From IMG/VR virus record IMGVR_UViG_3300021185_002017: a stretch of DNA of 64,000 bases, one strand, 5' to 3'. Below are positions 47,825-57,377 of the stretch, one piece after another. Source of the stretch: a virus. Taxonomy: Duplodnaviria > Caudoviricetes. Position 1 is the stretch's first letter. Each line of letters opens with the position of its first letter. Under the pieces are notes generated by a model. The model did not search any database. It worked only from the letters and a program-made list of their open reading frames with translations, and was not told the DNA's origin. The position numbers and the translations under genes are program-made.

Positions 47825-48820
47825 ATGACTTTAGAAAACATACGAATAGACACAACAACACACAGTCGCGTTTTTAATCCACTAAGCGCCGCTGGTCAGT
47901 GGCTTTGTTCTGTGTTCAAGCATAGATCAATAGGCGACATAGAAGCATCATATCCTACCTTAGTTGAAATCACCCAAGACTTACCAGATTTAAAATCTAT
48001 TACAATGGATAACGAATACGGTGATGCATTAGAGTGGAGTAAACTTGCACCTTTTGTGCGTGTTATGACTATACAAGGTGTATACATTATGGTTAACACC
48101 TACGGAATGGCTGAGAATAAGGCAGTAAAAAGTATAGTAGATGCTAGTTGTTTATACAAAGAGCAAGATGCAAGTATAAACATTATCTTTAATATTGACG
48201 GCATATACGAACAATGTGGTAAAGTATTCTTAGGTGCTGAATGGAATCATATTAAAGAAAACATAATAACTGTAGGTAACAAAGCACACATAAAATTTTA
48301 CAAATTTAAGCACAATGCTCATCAACAACCTGCAATAGAACATTTTTGTAGAGCTATAGGTGCTACATTTGAAGTACTAGAAGACCCGTTGTTTGGTAAT
48401 AAATGCTTTAGTGTAATATCTAAACAAGGTAAATGGTTATACGATATTCATCCTGTTGGTTCAAATCAACCAACATTGGCACAAACAGCAATAGGATGGA
48501 ACTTATTAAAAACAAAAGTTAGAAGTATTAAAGGAACACCAATCGACGAACTAGAAAAATTACCTGTACCAATAACAGCAAAAGACTTGGACACAGATGA
48601 TATTATTAATATTACTATCAAAGGACATGTTATCAAAGGTTCGGGTATTGCTCAAATATTTAGTTACGCACTATGCGGTGATTGGGATTATTACGAAGTA
48701 GATACAAGTAATGCATATAACTTATCAGTAATGCAAGAACTTGCTAAGTTTGTAAGAATAGATTTGTCTACTATAAACATATACAATAATAGTATTACTG
48801 ATATATTAGAAGTTGTTTAA
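47825..48820 (+). CDS. radical-SAM-like protein lacking the CxxxCxxC motif
   Basis: TTHSRVFNPLS in place of the Cys motif; NTYG, FNIDG, FKHNAHQ. Confidence 0.45.
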   Translation: MTLENIRIDTTTHSRVFNPLSAAGQWLCSVFKHRSIGDIEASYPTLVEITQDLPDLKSITMDNEYGDALEWSKLAPFVRVMTIQGVYIMVNTYGMAENKAVKSIVDASCLYKEQDASINIIFNIDGIYEQCGKVFLGAEWNHIKENIITVGNKAHIKFYKFKHNAHQQPAIEHFCRAIGATFEVLEDPLFGNKCFSVISKQGKWLYDIHPVGSNQPTLAQTAIGWNLLKTKVRSIKGTPIDELEKLPVPITAKDLDTDDIINITIKGHVIKGSGIAQIFSYALCGDWDYYEVDTSNAYNLSVMQELAKFVRIDLSTINIYNNSITDILEVV

Positions 48821-49086
48821 CTTACTTCAACAGTTGGCGAACCGCTACTAACATTATGTCCACATGTAGCAGTACTTCCTTGTTTAGCAGGAATACCGCC
48901 GTCTGCTAACACTGTAGTTGCACCATTTGACACTAGTGTAGGCGAAGTATGTGGTGCTTTGCCATGAGGAGCAACCTTATCTCCTATTAAAGAAACTTTT
49001 TTATTATCAGCAAATACTGTTGATGCTCCAGGTCCTAGTATAACACCTTTTGCTGTATCTGTTTTTACTCTTGCTATCTTTGCCAT
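48817..49086 (-). CDS. PAAR-like tail spike tip (gp5.4-like)
   Basis: GD..PHG..H..S..V..G..ATCGH..SGS..V. Confidence 0.8.
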   Translation of the reverse strand: MAKIARVKTDTAKGVILGPGASTVFADNKKVSLIGDKVAPHGKAPHTSPTLVSNGATTVLADGGIPAKQGSTATCGHNVSSGSPTVEVS

Positions 49087-49094
49087 ACTACTAT

Positions 49095-49644
49095 TTATAT
49101 GATTATACTCGCCATTATTAGCAGTAACGATATAGAGCCTAAGAATGCAAAGCCTAATGCTATTGCTGTTATAAGAATTTGAAAGGGTGATGCAGTGTTA
49201 TGTTCTGACTTACCAACGCCTACTAGTAGTCTAAATGTGTTTCTAAAATAGGACACTATTTAATTTAAATACTGCTAACATAGAAAAGAATACTACTATT
49301 TGTATAACTGCTGGTATAACCACAAACAGTTGCATAGCACTAAAATCGCCTTTCATGAAATAGTCTGTTTTAAACCATTCTGCTTGTTCTTCGGGTGTTG
49401 CGTCTCTAACGATCATTTTTTGGTTCCAGGTAGTAAATATTATTGTCTACATCACGCAATCCACGCATTATGCCTGCTATACTATCTGTATTGGCAGCAA
49501 AGAGTAATATCATGTAACACATTGCATGTTTCATTATACTGCTGGAGTTAACGCAAGTATAGAGAATAAGAAAATACTGGACAGTGTAAATATTTCTAAG
49601 TCTTCGACTAACCTAGGGAAGTTGTTGTTGTATCTTTTTTTCAT
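49095..49644 (-). CDS. four coupled small hydrophobic ORFs (49534..49644, 49406..49534, 49243..49416, 49095..49256)
   Basis: hand-translated 36, 42, 57 and 53 aa ORFs with overlapping starts and stops. Confidence 0.45.
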
Positions 49645-49761
49645 GTCGTCTGCGTGTTGAGGGTTAACATGCATATATAATTAACTTATATACACTTATA
49701 AAGAGTATTTATACAACAATTTAAATCAGCAGGGCATATACGGCTGTAATGCCCTATAATG

Positions 49762-50070
49762 CTATTCTTCTTCGATAATGCCTATGTCTGCTTCTTGTTC
49801 ATTAAGAGCTTCATAGTCCGCAATACTGTCTTCACTTGCTTTACAGACGCTTAGAATTGCTGACATGGGCATTGTAACCTCGTCTGTAGGTCCTGTAAAG
49901 ATATAAGGAATTAGTGCAAGATCAGCACCGTTAATAACAACAATCTTTGGTTCACCAACTGTAAACAGTTTGTTGTCCTCATCTACTCCTAGCAGTTGTG
50001 CTAGTACTTCGATGCCGCTCATAAGTTTTAAGGTGATAACTTCACCTGAGAGTTCTTCTAATTTATACAT
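49762..50070 (-). CDS. small beta-barrel (Sm/LSm-like) protein
   Basis: GEVITLKLMSGIEVL; paralog of 11663. Confidence 0.5.
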   Translation of the reverse strand: MYKLEELSGEVITLKLMSGIEVLAQLLGVDEDNKLFTVGEPKIVVINGADLALIPYIFTGPTDEVTMPMSAILSVCKASEDSIADYEALNEQEADIGIIEEE

Positions 50071-50100
50071 GTGTGTTTCCTCTGTGTGTGATTATTTATA

Positions 50101-50871
50101 TCATAACCTGGTAGCCATGACCGGATTCCAGAATCCTAAAGTATCATCTAAAGACTTGCACTTTAGAAGTGCTTTATTATAGTACCTTGCATAACCTGTC
50201 ATTTTGTCATTACAAGTATAAAAACTTTCTAAGTATTTTAGATAATTCAGTGGAGTAGGATGGTAGTCTGCTGTTTGCCCTTTATCGCCCCAACCTGATA
50301 TCTCAAGTGGCTTCCATTCGCCGTTATATATTACTTCGTGAATACTAGGCTTAACTTTTTGTGTTGTAGTATGATAAAAGTCTAAAACATCTGGATTACC
50401 TTCGTTATATTCGGGCGAGTCTCTGCCTCCTGATGTATCTTCGAATTCGATCATTTTAAGCATATCAAAATCACAAGGCAAACTTTTTAGATATGCATGA
50501 GACTGTTCTATAATTGCTAAGTCTCTCATAAGATAAAATCTATTATCTGCCCAATCTTCAACAAACTCTTTTGGTTCAAATACACCTTCGGCATAAATGT
50601 TTCCTGGAGTTGACCAAAGACCGTTTTTATAACGATCTTCTCTGCATATACTAGTCCACATAACCATAATTAAATCGTTTGTGGTAAAGTTGTGCTTAAG
50701 ATTTGCTTCTACTATGCTATTAGATATGAATAGATTGCCGCCACCACTTTGTGCATAATTGTAATATTCTGGAGTTACATGTCCTATAATGTCGGCCCAT
50801 GTAGGCCAATTGTATCTTGTAAAACTGCAACCAAAAGCAAAAAATCTTTTGTATTGATCAAAAGGTCTCAA
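50101..50871 (-). CDS. SGNH-like protein (GCSFT family)
   Basis: AFGCSFT..WPTWAD, GGGN, DYHP. Confidence 0.6.
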   Translation of the reverse strand: MRPFDQYKRFFAFGCSFTRYNWPTWADIIGHVTPEYYNYAQSGGGNLFISNSIVEANLKHNFTTNDLIMVMWTSICREDRYKNGLWSTPGNIYAEGVFEPKEFVEDWADNRFYLMRDLAIIEQSHAYLKSLPCDFDMLKMIEFEDTSGGRDSPEYNEGNPDVLDFYHTTTQKVKPSIHEVIYNGEWKPLEISGWGDKGQTADYHPTPLNYLKYLESFYTCNDKMTGYARYYNKALLKCKSLDDTLGFWNPVMATRL

Positions 50872-51968
50872 AGGGTTAAACCTTTAAAGGTTTCCTCCGT
50901 AACATCTTGTTTTGTACCACCAATTACATACGAACTAATCTCTGTCTCTTGTGGTGCTACTTGTACATCACTACCGCCTATCCATTTTTGTGTCCACGGT
51001 AATGGGTGTGTTCCTGCTGTGTAAACTTTTTCTAAGCCGATGTTAGTCATTCGCTTAGCCGCAATGTATTCTACATACTGCTTTAATAGCTCTGCGTTTA
51101 GTCCAATAATACTTCCATCTTTGAACAAGTATTCAGCCCATGCTTTTTCTTGCTCAACTGCTTCGATAAACATTTGCTTTGATTCTTCTCTAGTTTCTTC
51201 TGCAATCTTTGCAAAGTCTTCATCTTCTTTAGGTAATAATTTCAACATGTGCTGTGTACTTGCTAAGTGAACATTTTCATCTCTAGCAATTAACTTAATA
51301 ATTTTAGCATTACCTTCCATCTTTTTAACTTCAGCAAATGCCCAACTACATGCAAACGATACATAAAAACGCACACCTTCTAGTATGTTTACGCTCATTA
51401 AACATTTCCATAGTTTCTTCTTATGCTCGTATAAACTATACTTTGCTGCACCTTTACGCATTAAGTCATTGTAGTCATATAGATCGTTGTAGCATTGTGT
51501 AATGCTGTCAGCACAGTCTACAATTTCTTCGATGCTTGTCATCTCATCAAAAACTTTGCTCGGGTCAGGATATACATTTCTGATGATATGTGTATAACTT
51601 CTGCTGTGAATAGTTTCACTAAATGCCCAAGTCTCTATCCAGGTTTCTAATTCTGGTAGACTAACAATAGGCAAGAACACTAAGTTAGGTGAACGCCCTT
51701 GAACACTGTCCAAGAGTATTTGTCTTTTTAAGTTTGATGTAAAGATATGTTGCTCGTGTGCTTCTAAGTCTTTGAAGTCTTTTGAGTCTTTGGCAATATC
51801 AACCTCTTCTGGCCTCCAGAAGAATCCCAATTGTTTGTCGGTAAGTTTTTCAAACTGACGATACTTAATTGTATCATACCGTTGCATACACACACCGCCA
51901 TTGGGGTCTAGGAACATTTTTGCTTCCATGTGATTATATTTTTTATTTGTATTTAAAACTGATTTCAT
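50868..51968 (-). CDS. nrdB: ribonucleotide reductase class Ia beta subunit
   Basis: FFWRPEE, LDSVQG, ETIHSRSY, LEGVRFY, RDENVH, APQETE. Confidence 0.97.
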   Translation of the reverse strand: MKSVLNTNKKYNHMEAKMFLDPNGGVCMQRYDTIKYRQFEKLTDKQLGFFWRPEEVDIAKDSKDFKDLEAHEQHIFTSNLKRQILLDSVQGRSPNLVFLPIVSLPELETWIETWAFSETIHSRSYTHIIRNVYPDPSKVFDEMTSIEEIVDCADSITQCYNDLYDYNDLMRKGAAKYSLYEHKKKLWKCLMSVNILEGVRFYVSFACSWAFAEVKKMEGNAKIIKLIARDENVHLASTQHMLKLLPKEDEDFAKIAEETREESKQMFIEAVEQEKAWAEYLFKDGSIIGLNAELLKQYVEYIAAKRMTNIGLEKVYTAGTHPLPWTQKWIGGSDVQVAPQETEISSYVIGGTKQDVTEETFKGLTL

Positions 51969-54247
51969 ATTTTGCACGATTCGCAATCATCCTCTTCTAC
52001 TTCGGTAATTTCTAATGCTTCTAGTTTTTGTTCTGTATCTAACTCACCTTGTCCGTCGTTAGTATTATTATAGTACAATTGCTTACCGCCGTATTTGTAA
52101 AATGTAATTATATCTTTAATGAGAACGCTCATTGGCACTTTCTCATCTTCGTAGTGTTCTGGATTGTAAGATGTATTTACCGAAATACCTTGATCTATGT
52201 ATTTTTGTAATACAGCCATAATCTTTAAGTAACCTTCGGGCGACTTTTGATCCCACAATAAGTCATACTTATTTTTAAGTCTTGGGTAACCCGGCACTAC
52301 TTGTTTCAATACACCGTGCTTACTTTGTTTAACACTGATGTAACTGCGTGGTGGTTCAATACCATTTGTGCTGTTACTAATCTGTGCTGATGTTTCTGCT
52401 GGCATAAGTGCCATCAGTGTTGAATTACGGATACCAGTCTCTGCTAACTGCTTACGCAATCCTTTCCAATCTTGTCTTTCTTGATGCTTAACTAGCTCGT
52501 CAACTTCTTTCTTGTATGTTTGGTTAGGTGTTAATCCTCTACCGTACTTAGTTTCTACTGTTCCTGGGCACTCGCCTTTCTCAACTGCTAAATCTGCACT
52601 TGCCTTAATTAAGAAATAACTCCATGCTTCGGCCCATTCGTCAATTAACTCTAAGTTAGGATCTTGATATGTTGAGTCATTCTTTGCTAACCAATATGCA
52701 AAGTTAATAATACCAATACCTAACGGTCTGCGTTTCATTGTGCTTAACTGTGCTGCAAGTACTGGGTAACTTTGGTAGTCTAAGAGTGCGTCTAAGCCTC
52801 TTACAGCAAGGTTACATACTCGTTGCATCTGTTTGAAGTCTTTAATAACACCCCAATTGATAGCACTTAAAGTACATAAACTAATTTCACCTTCTGCATC
52901 ATCAACACTTGTTAATGGCTTAGTTGGTAAGTTAATCTCACAGCATAAATTACTTTGCTTAACAGGTGCTACATCCTCTACAAATGCTCCATGTGTGTTA
53001 GCATGATCAACATTCATTAAATATATTCTACCTGTGTCTTTGCGTTCTGTTGCAAACGCAGAAAATAAATCCATTGCCTTAACAGATCTCTTTTTAATAC
53101 GAGTGTTTCTTTCTGCTGTTTCGTATAGTTCTTTAAACTTATCTTGATCAGCAAAGAAAGCATCGTATAAGCCAGGTACATCATGCGGTGAGAACAATGT
53201 AATGTCTCCACCTGTTAATAACCTTTCATACATTAACTTGTTAAACTGCACACCGTAGTCCATGTGTCTTACACGATTTTCTTCTGTGCCTTTGTTGTTC
53301 TTGAGTACAAGCATGTCTTCAATTTCTGTGTGCCAAATAGGATAGTATAGTGTGGCTGCTCCACCTCTTACACCGCCCTGTGAACATGACTTAACTGCTG
53401 ATTGAAAAAGTTTATAGAAGGGGATAACTCCTGTATGAGTTGCATCTCCACTCCTAATAGGTGAACCAATAGCTCTAATAGCACCAGCACCAATACCAAT
53501 ACCTGCTTTCTGACTTACATACTTAACTACAGCACTTGTAGTTGCATTAATGCTGTCTAAACTGTCATCAGTTTCAATAAGCACACAACTACTAAACTGT
53601 CTTTGTGGTGTACGCACACCTGCCATAACTGGTGTAGGCAAACTTATTTCAAATGTACTAATTGCATCGTAGTATGCTTTAACATATTCAAGTCTTGTTT
53701 CTTTGTCGTACTTACTAAACAATGTCATAGCAATAAGCATATAACACACTTGTGGTGTTTCAAATATCTCACCTGTTGCTCTGTTCTGCACAAGATACTT
53801 GCCACGGAATTGTTCCATAGCCGCATAAGTTAAATACTCATCTCTACTGTGATTGATGTAGTTGCTTAGTGTATCAACTTCATCCTTTGTGTATGCGATT
53901 AAAATTTCTCTATCGTAAAACCCTTGCTTGATATTTTTGTCTATGATATCACATAAACACGGTGGCTGAAACTCACCATACACTGCTTTACGCAAATGAT
54001 AGTTGATTAGCCTTCCTGCTACATATTGATAATTTGGTGATTCTTCGCTAATTAAATCAGCGGCACTTTTGATAAGTGTCTCTTGTATATCAGTACTTGT
54101 AATTCCGTTGTACAATTGTATCTGACTGTTGATCTCTACTTCACTTGGTGCAACACCAGTAATGCCATCGCAGGCATATTGTACTACCTTGTGCAACTTG
54201 TCTATGTTGATGTCTTCGAGTTGCCCAGATCGTTTTTGTACTTGCAT
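51965..54247 (-). CDS. nrdA: ribonucleotide reductase class Ia alpha subunit with ATP cone
   Basis: VQKRSG ATP cone, SSCVL, SNLCCEI, CTL, C-terminal CESC. Confidence 0.98.
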   Translation of the reverse strand: MQVQKRSGQLEDINIDKLHKVVQYACDGITGVAPSEVEINSQIQLYNGITSTDIQETLIKSAADLISEESPNYQYVAGRLINYHLRKAVYGEFQPPCLCDIIDKNIKQGFYDREILIAYTKDEVDTLSNYINHSRDEYLTYAAMEQFRGKYLVQNRATGEIFETPQVCYMLIAMTLFSKYDKETRLEYVKAYYDAISTFEISLPTPVMAGVRTPQRQFSSCVLIETDDSLDSINATTSAVVKYVSQKAGIGIGAGAIRAIGSPIRSGDATHTGVIPFYKLFQSAVKSCSQGGVRGGAATLYYPIWHTEIEDMLVLKNNKGTEENRVRHMDYGVQFNKLMYERLLTGGDITLFSPHDVPGLYDAFFADQDKFKELYETAERNTRIKKRSVKAMDLFSAFATERKDTGRIYLMNVDHANTHGAFVEDVAPVKQSNLCCEINLPTKPLTSVDDAEGEISLCTLSAINWGVIKDFKQMQRVCNLAVRGLDALLDYQSYPVLAAQLSTMKRRPLGIGIINFAYWLAKNDSTYQDPNLELIDEWAEAWSYFLIKASADLAVEKGECPGTVETKYGRGLTPNQTYKKEVDELVKHQERQDWKGLRKQLAETGIRNSTLMALMPAETSAQISNSTNGIEPPRSYISVKQSKHGVLKQVVPGYPRLKNKYDLLWDQKSPEGYLKIMAVLQKYIDQGISVNTSYNPEHYEDEKVPMSVLIKDIITFYKYGGKQLYYNNTNDGQGELDTEQKLEALEITEVEEDDCESCKI

Positions 54248-54309
54248 GTGTTTATCCGTTGTCTGTTTGTTTCTAATTAAGTTTTTAGTGTATTATTTAC
54301 CAGAAGCAA

Positions 54310-54338
54310 ATTGTACAATAAAACGGTGTAAATGTCAA
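54310..54338 (-). promoter_or_regulatory. sigma70-type promoter for nrdAB
   Basis: TTGACA-17 nt-TACAAT. Confidence 0.7.
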
Positions 54339-54766
54339 GAAAAAAGTGCGGATGTTTTAATTTTATGGGAATTAAATCTAGTACTGTTATCTATAACTTC
54401 CTGCATACTTACAGTCTGTCCTGGGAGAAAATTATATGCTAAATTGTTGTGTATTAATACCAACCCTTCATTTCCGTTTATATGATTACTTATCACTTCA
54501 AAGTACAATTCTTCATCGGAAATGAATCCTTTATTGTGTAATGTAGCCGCTAATATTAAAGTGATTCCAGACTGGCAAAAGTATCCTTCAGATACTATTT
54601 CAAACACATTGGGCCAGTCACGAGGAGTGTAATAGTCTATATATCTAGGTATAGGTTTGATAGGCGCAAACGCTTCTAGCAAAGGTTCTACTGTTTTGTA
54701 TTCTTGCTGTCTTACTGTACGCCATGCATTCAAACGCTCTGATGACGTTTGGTGTTTGTTGAACAT
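54335..54766 (-). CDS. hypothetical protein
   Basis: RLNAWR..DWP..EI..FC. Confidence 0.7.
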   Translation of the reverse strand: MFNKHQTSSERLNAWRTVRQQEYKTVEPLLEAFAPIKPIPRYIDYYTPRDWPNVFEIVSEGYFCQSGITLILAATLHNKGFISDEELYFEVISNHINGNEGLVLIHNNLAYNFLPGQTVSMQEVIDNSTRFNSHKIKTSALFS

Positions 54767-54780
54767 AAATTAAACTTGTA

Positions 54781-57306
54781 TTAGTCTGGCCATCTTCGTG
54801 CAATATATCTAACTTGCACCGAACAGGCAGGACTTAATGTGTTATTAGTTTTTATAAATCCAGTTGTACCTGTTACACCACCAACAAAGTCTACATTACC
54901 TGTTAGTGTACCTGAACGAGCATCTGTATAGTTATCTGTTAATACAACATCGTTAATTGTTGTATCACCGGAATACATTAGTGTACCTACACGACGATAA
55001 TTGCCTGAACTAGTTGTGGCATGCATAGCATATTCTACAAATACAGTATTTAATTGTCCTTCACCTGGTGACATTGAAATGTCTAATTCGTTAACAGGAT
55101 TGTTTGTTCCTGTTGGCAATGTTAATTGCTCTGGTGTAGGGAAATCTGTTGTTGCTTGTCCTGCCGCTAGTGCCTCTGCTGTTAAGAACTCAATGTTTGT
55201 TTTGATATTCATTAATCCTCTTATATCAGGATTAGTTGATTCAAAGTATAAGTTGTTTAATATTTTTGCAAAGTCTCGAGCCTCTGTTCTTTCCTCAAAA
55301 TTCATCTCACCAATTGAACTGTTTAAGTTCAATGGCCAATCAGTAAACACAGGATTACCGCCTGTTGCTGTGGAGTTAAATTCTGCATTTATATATACAT
55401 CTTTAAATATATTAACAGTAGGATCATTTAATGTTTCGTTTAACCAATCTTCAAGTTTTGCTTTAACAGTTGCAGTTGGTCTATCGTATTCGTCGGCTCT
55501 AAGTCCTAATGCTGTTACTGTACTTGATGTATCTTCGTGTAACGCAAAAGTAAATGGTGTTTTTTGTACTGCTTCAGCATGTGTTATGTACATCTTGTCA
55601 GCTGCGCCAGGTATACTATTGATTCTGGGCCATAAGTTTGCACCATTAACAAGTGTTTGTACATCAGCGGGGGTTGATGCTGAGGCTAAGTTCATTGAAA
55701 CAACCGGTGTTGCTTCAACTGTAGCACTAGATATAACTGGAGTAAATGTTAAGTTTGTTACATTACCAGTTATGTTTGAACCAGTGTTTAAAATAAATGT
55801 GTTATCAGTAACAGCGGCAACTGTTTTAGTACCTGTTGGATTTGCTGCTTCATTGTTTGTTAATGTTACAGAACCGCCAACTGGATTACCGTGTCTTTCA
55901 CTGCTTACAACAACATTAGAAGCATCTTTATTCTTGTATGTTATATAGACTAAGTTAGCAGGGTCTGTGGCCATTGCAGAGTTAAATGCTATATCCAAAC
56001 TGATAGTTTTACTTACTGTACTAACCGCACCTGCTCCAATTGCTGTGTCAACATTTACTACAGTACCATCTAAGCCTGATACATTAGTACCACTTAAATC
56101 TATAAATTTAACACTATCAACAATTTGTGTATTCTCAACATTCTCAACTGTTATTCTTAACTTACTTCCAACACCAGCATCAGCGCCTGTTACTTGTCTT
56201 GTTAAACTTGCTGCATTACTTGGTATTGTAGCAGTAACTTCACCTGACGATAAATCGTAGTCTGAAATAGATAGTACCTTACCATCTGCTAGCCAATCAG
56301 TGCCACCTTTAATATATGTATGGTTATAAACTCCATTAGGATCATAATCCTCATTAGAATCTAATGAATAACTTCCAGCAAGTATGTTTGCTGATAAAGT
56401 AATATCAGATGCTGTTGCAACTGCTGTAACATTTTCTCTTACAGTGTCGTTCTTTGTTAAAAGTAATGTACCTAATGTCTGCGAAAAGTCTGCTGAGTTA
56501 GGTGCATACTTTACATCTGTTGCTACTTGTATGTGCTTAAATTGCATACCAATAAAGCCAATACCAATACCTTCTGCAACTCTAATATTATTGTTGTCTA
56601 ATTCTCTGTAAGATGTAATACCTTTTGAAGCATAAAAACCAGGCTGACTTGTTAAACCAATGTTAGCACTAGTTACTGCATTAATTACTGCGGCATTACT
56701 GTAATAAGAGATTGAAACTGCATCTGCTCCTGACGGAGGCGATCTAAATGTAAGTGTATGAGAGTGAGTAGAAACACTTTGACCTGTAGCAGATTGTTCA
56801 AAGAAGTAATCTTCTCCTGAACTAATTGATGCTACCTTAGATGGTACAGTAACAGTACCATTTTTAACTACTTGTAAATCAGTAGGAACAAAGGCTGAAC
56901 CTGTTATGTTGTTTACAAAACTTGCACCGGCATTAATATTACCAAATACTTTTCCTTCTCTACCAACTGTTGTGCCACTTGACGCAACTACTGTTGCCGG
57001 AGTCCAACTAACAACATTTGCAACACCGTCGAATTCACCTTTATCATAAATTTTATGAGGCACTGTAAATTTAACCATTTGTATATTAGCAAGACTTGCT
57101 GTTATACTTTGGGCACTTGCTGTTTTTTCAAATATACCTGTTTTATTGTATATATCTGAAACTGGATCTGTTGTGTCGGCGCCAATGTACAACTGTCTAC
57201 TATCTGTTGCGAATCCAAGTTCTCCTGGACGCAACGGCTTAGGGAGGTCTTGTTTCTGACCTCTGCGTTGTTGCATTCGTACGATTTTTGTTGTTTCTTC
57301 TGCCAC
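54781..57306 (-). CDS. tail fibre / baseplate-associated structural protein
   Basis: N-terminal QRRG..LRPGELGFATDSRQLYIG; T/S/V/G-rich 841 aa. Confidence 0.7.
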   Translation of the reverse strand: MAEETTKIVRMQQRRGQKQDLPKPLRPGELGFATDSRQLYIGADTTDPVSDIYNKTGIFEKTASAQSITASLANIQMVKFTVPHKIYDKGEFDGVANVVSWTPATVVASSGTTVGREGKVFGNINAGASFVNNITGSAFVPTDLQVVKNGTVTVPSKVASISSGEDYFFEQSATGQSVSTHSHTLTFRSPPSGADAVSISYYSNAAVINAVTSANIGLTSQPGFYASKGITSYRELDNNNIRVAEGIGIGFIGMQFKHIQVATDVKYAPNSADFSQTLGTLLLTKNDTVRENVTAVATASDITLSANILAGSYSLDSNEDYDPNGVYNHTYIKGGTDWLADGKVLSISDYDLSSGEVTATIPSNAASLTRQVTGADAGVGSKLRITVENVENTQIVDSVKFIDLSGTNVSGLDGTVVNVDTAIGAGAVSTVSKTISLDIAFNSAMATDPANLVYITYKNKDASNVVVSSERHGNPVGGSVTLTNNEAANPTGTKTVAAVTDNTFILNTGSNITGNVTNLTFTPVISSATVEATPVVSMNLASASTPADVQTLVNGANLWPRINSIPGAADKMYITHAEAVQKTPFTFALHEDTSSTVTALGLRADEYDRPTATVKAKLEDWLNETLNDPTVNIFKDVYINAEFNSTATGGNPVFTDWPLNLNSSIGEMNFEERTEARDFAKILNNLYFESTNPDIRGLMNIKTNIEFLTAEALAAGQATTDFPTPEQLTLPTGTNNPVNELDISMSPGEGQLNTVFVEYAMHATTSSGNYRRVGTLMYSGDTTINDVVLTDNYTDARSGTLTGNVDFVGGVTGTTGFIKTNNTLSPACSVQVRYIARRWPD

Positions 57307-57377
57307 TGTTAAGCCTCTCTAATTACTTACTTAACAGTATTTATCACTTTGAGTGACTAAACTTTATTATAATAGTC

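Noticed and set aside
50868-54247. Intron or intein in nrdA/nrdB
   Set aside because: Both genes are continuous and of normal length
55001-55948. 315-aa plus-strand ORF
   Set aside because: Antisense shadow of the Thr/Ala/Val-rich tail-fibre gene; no SD or late box, no recognisable motif
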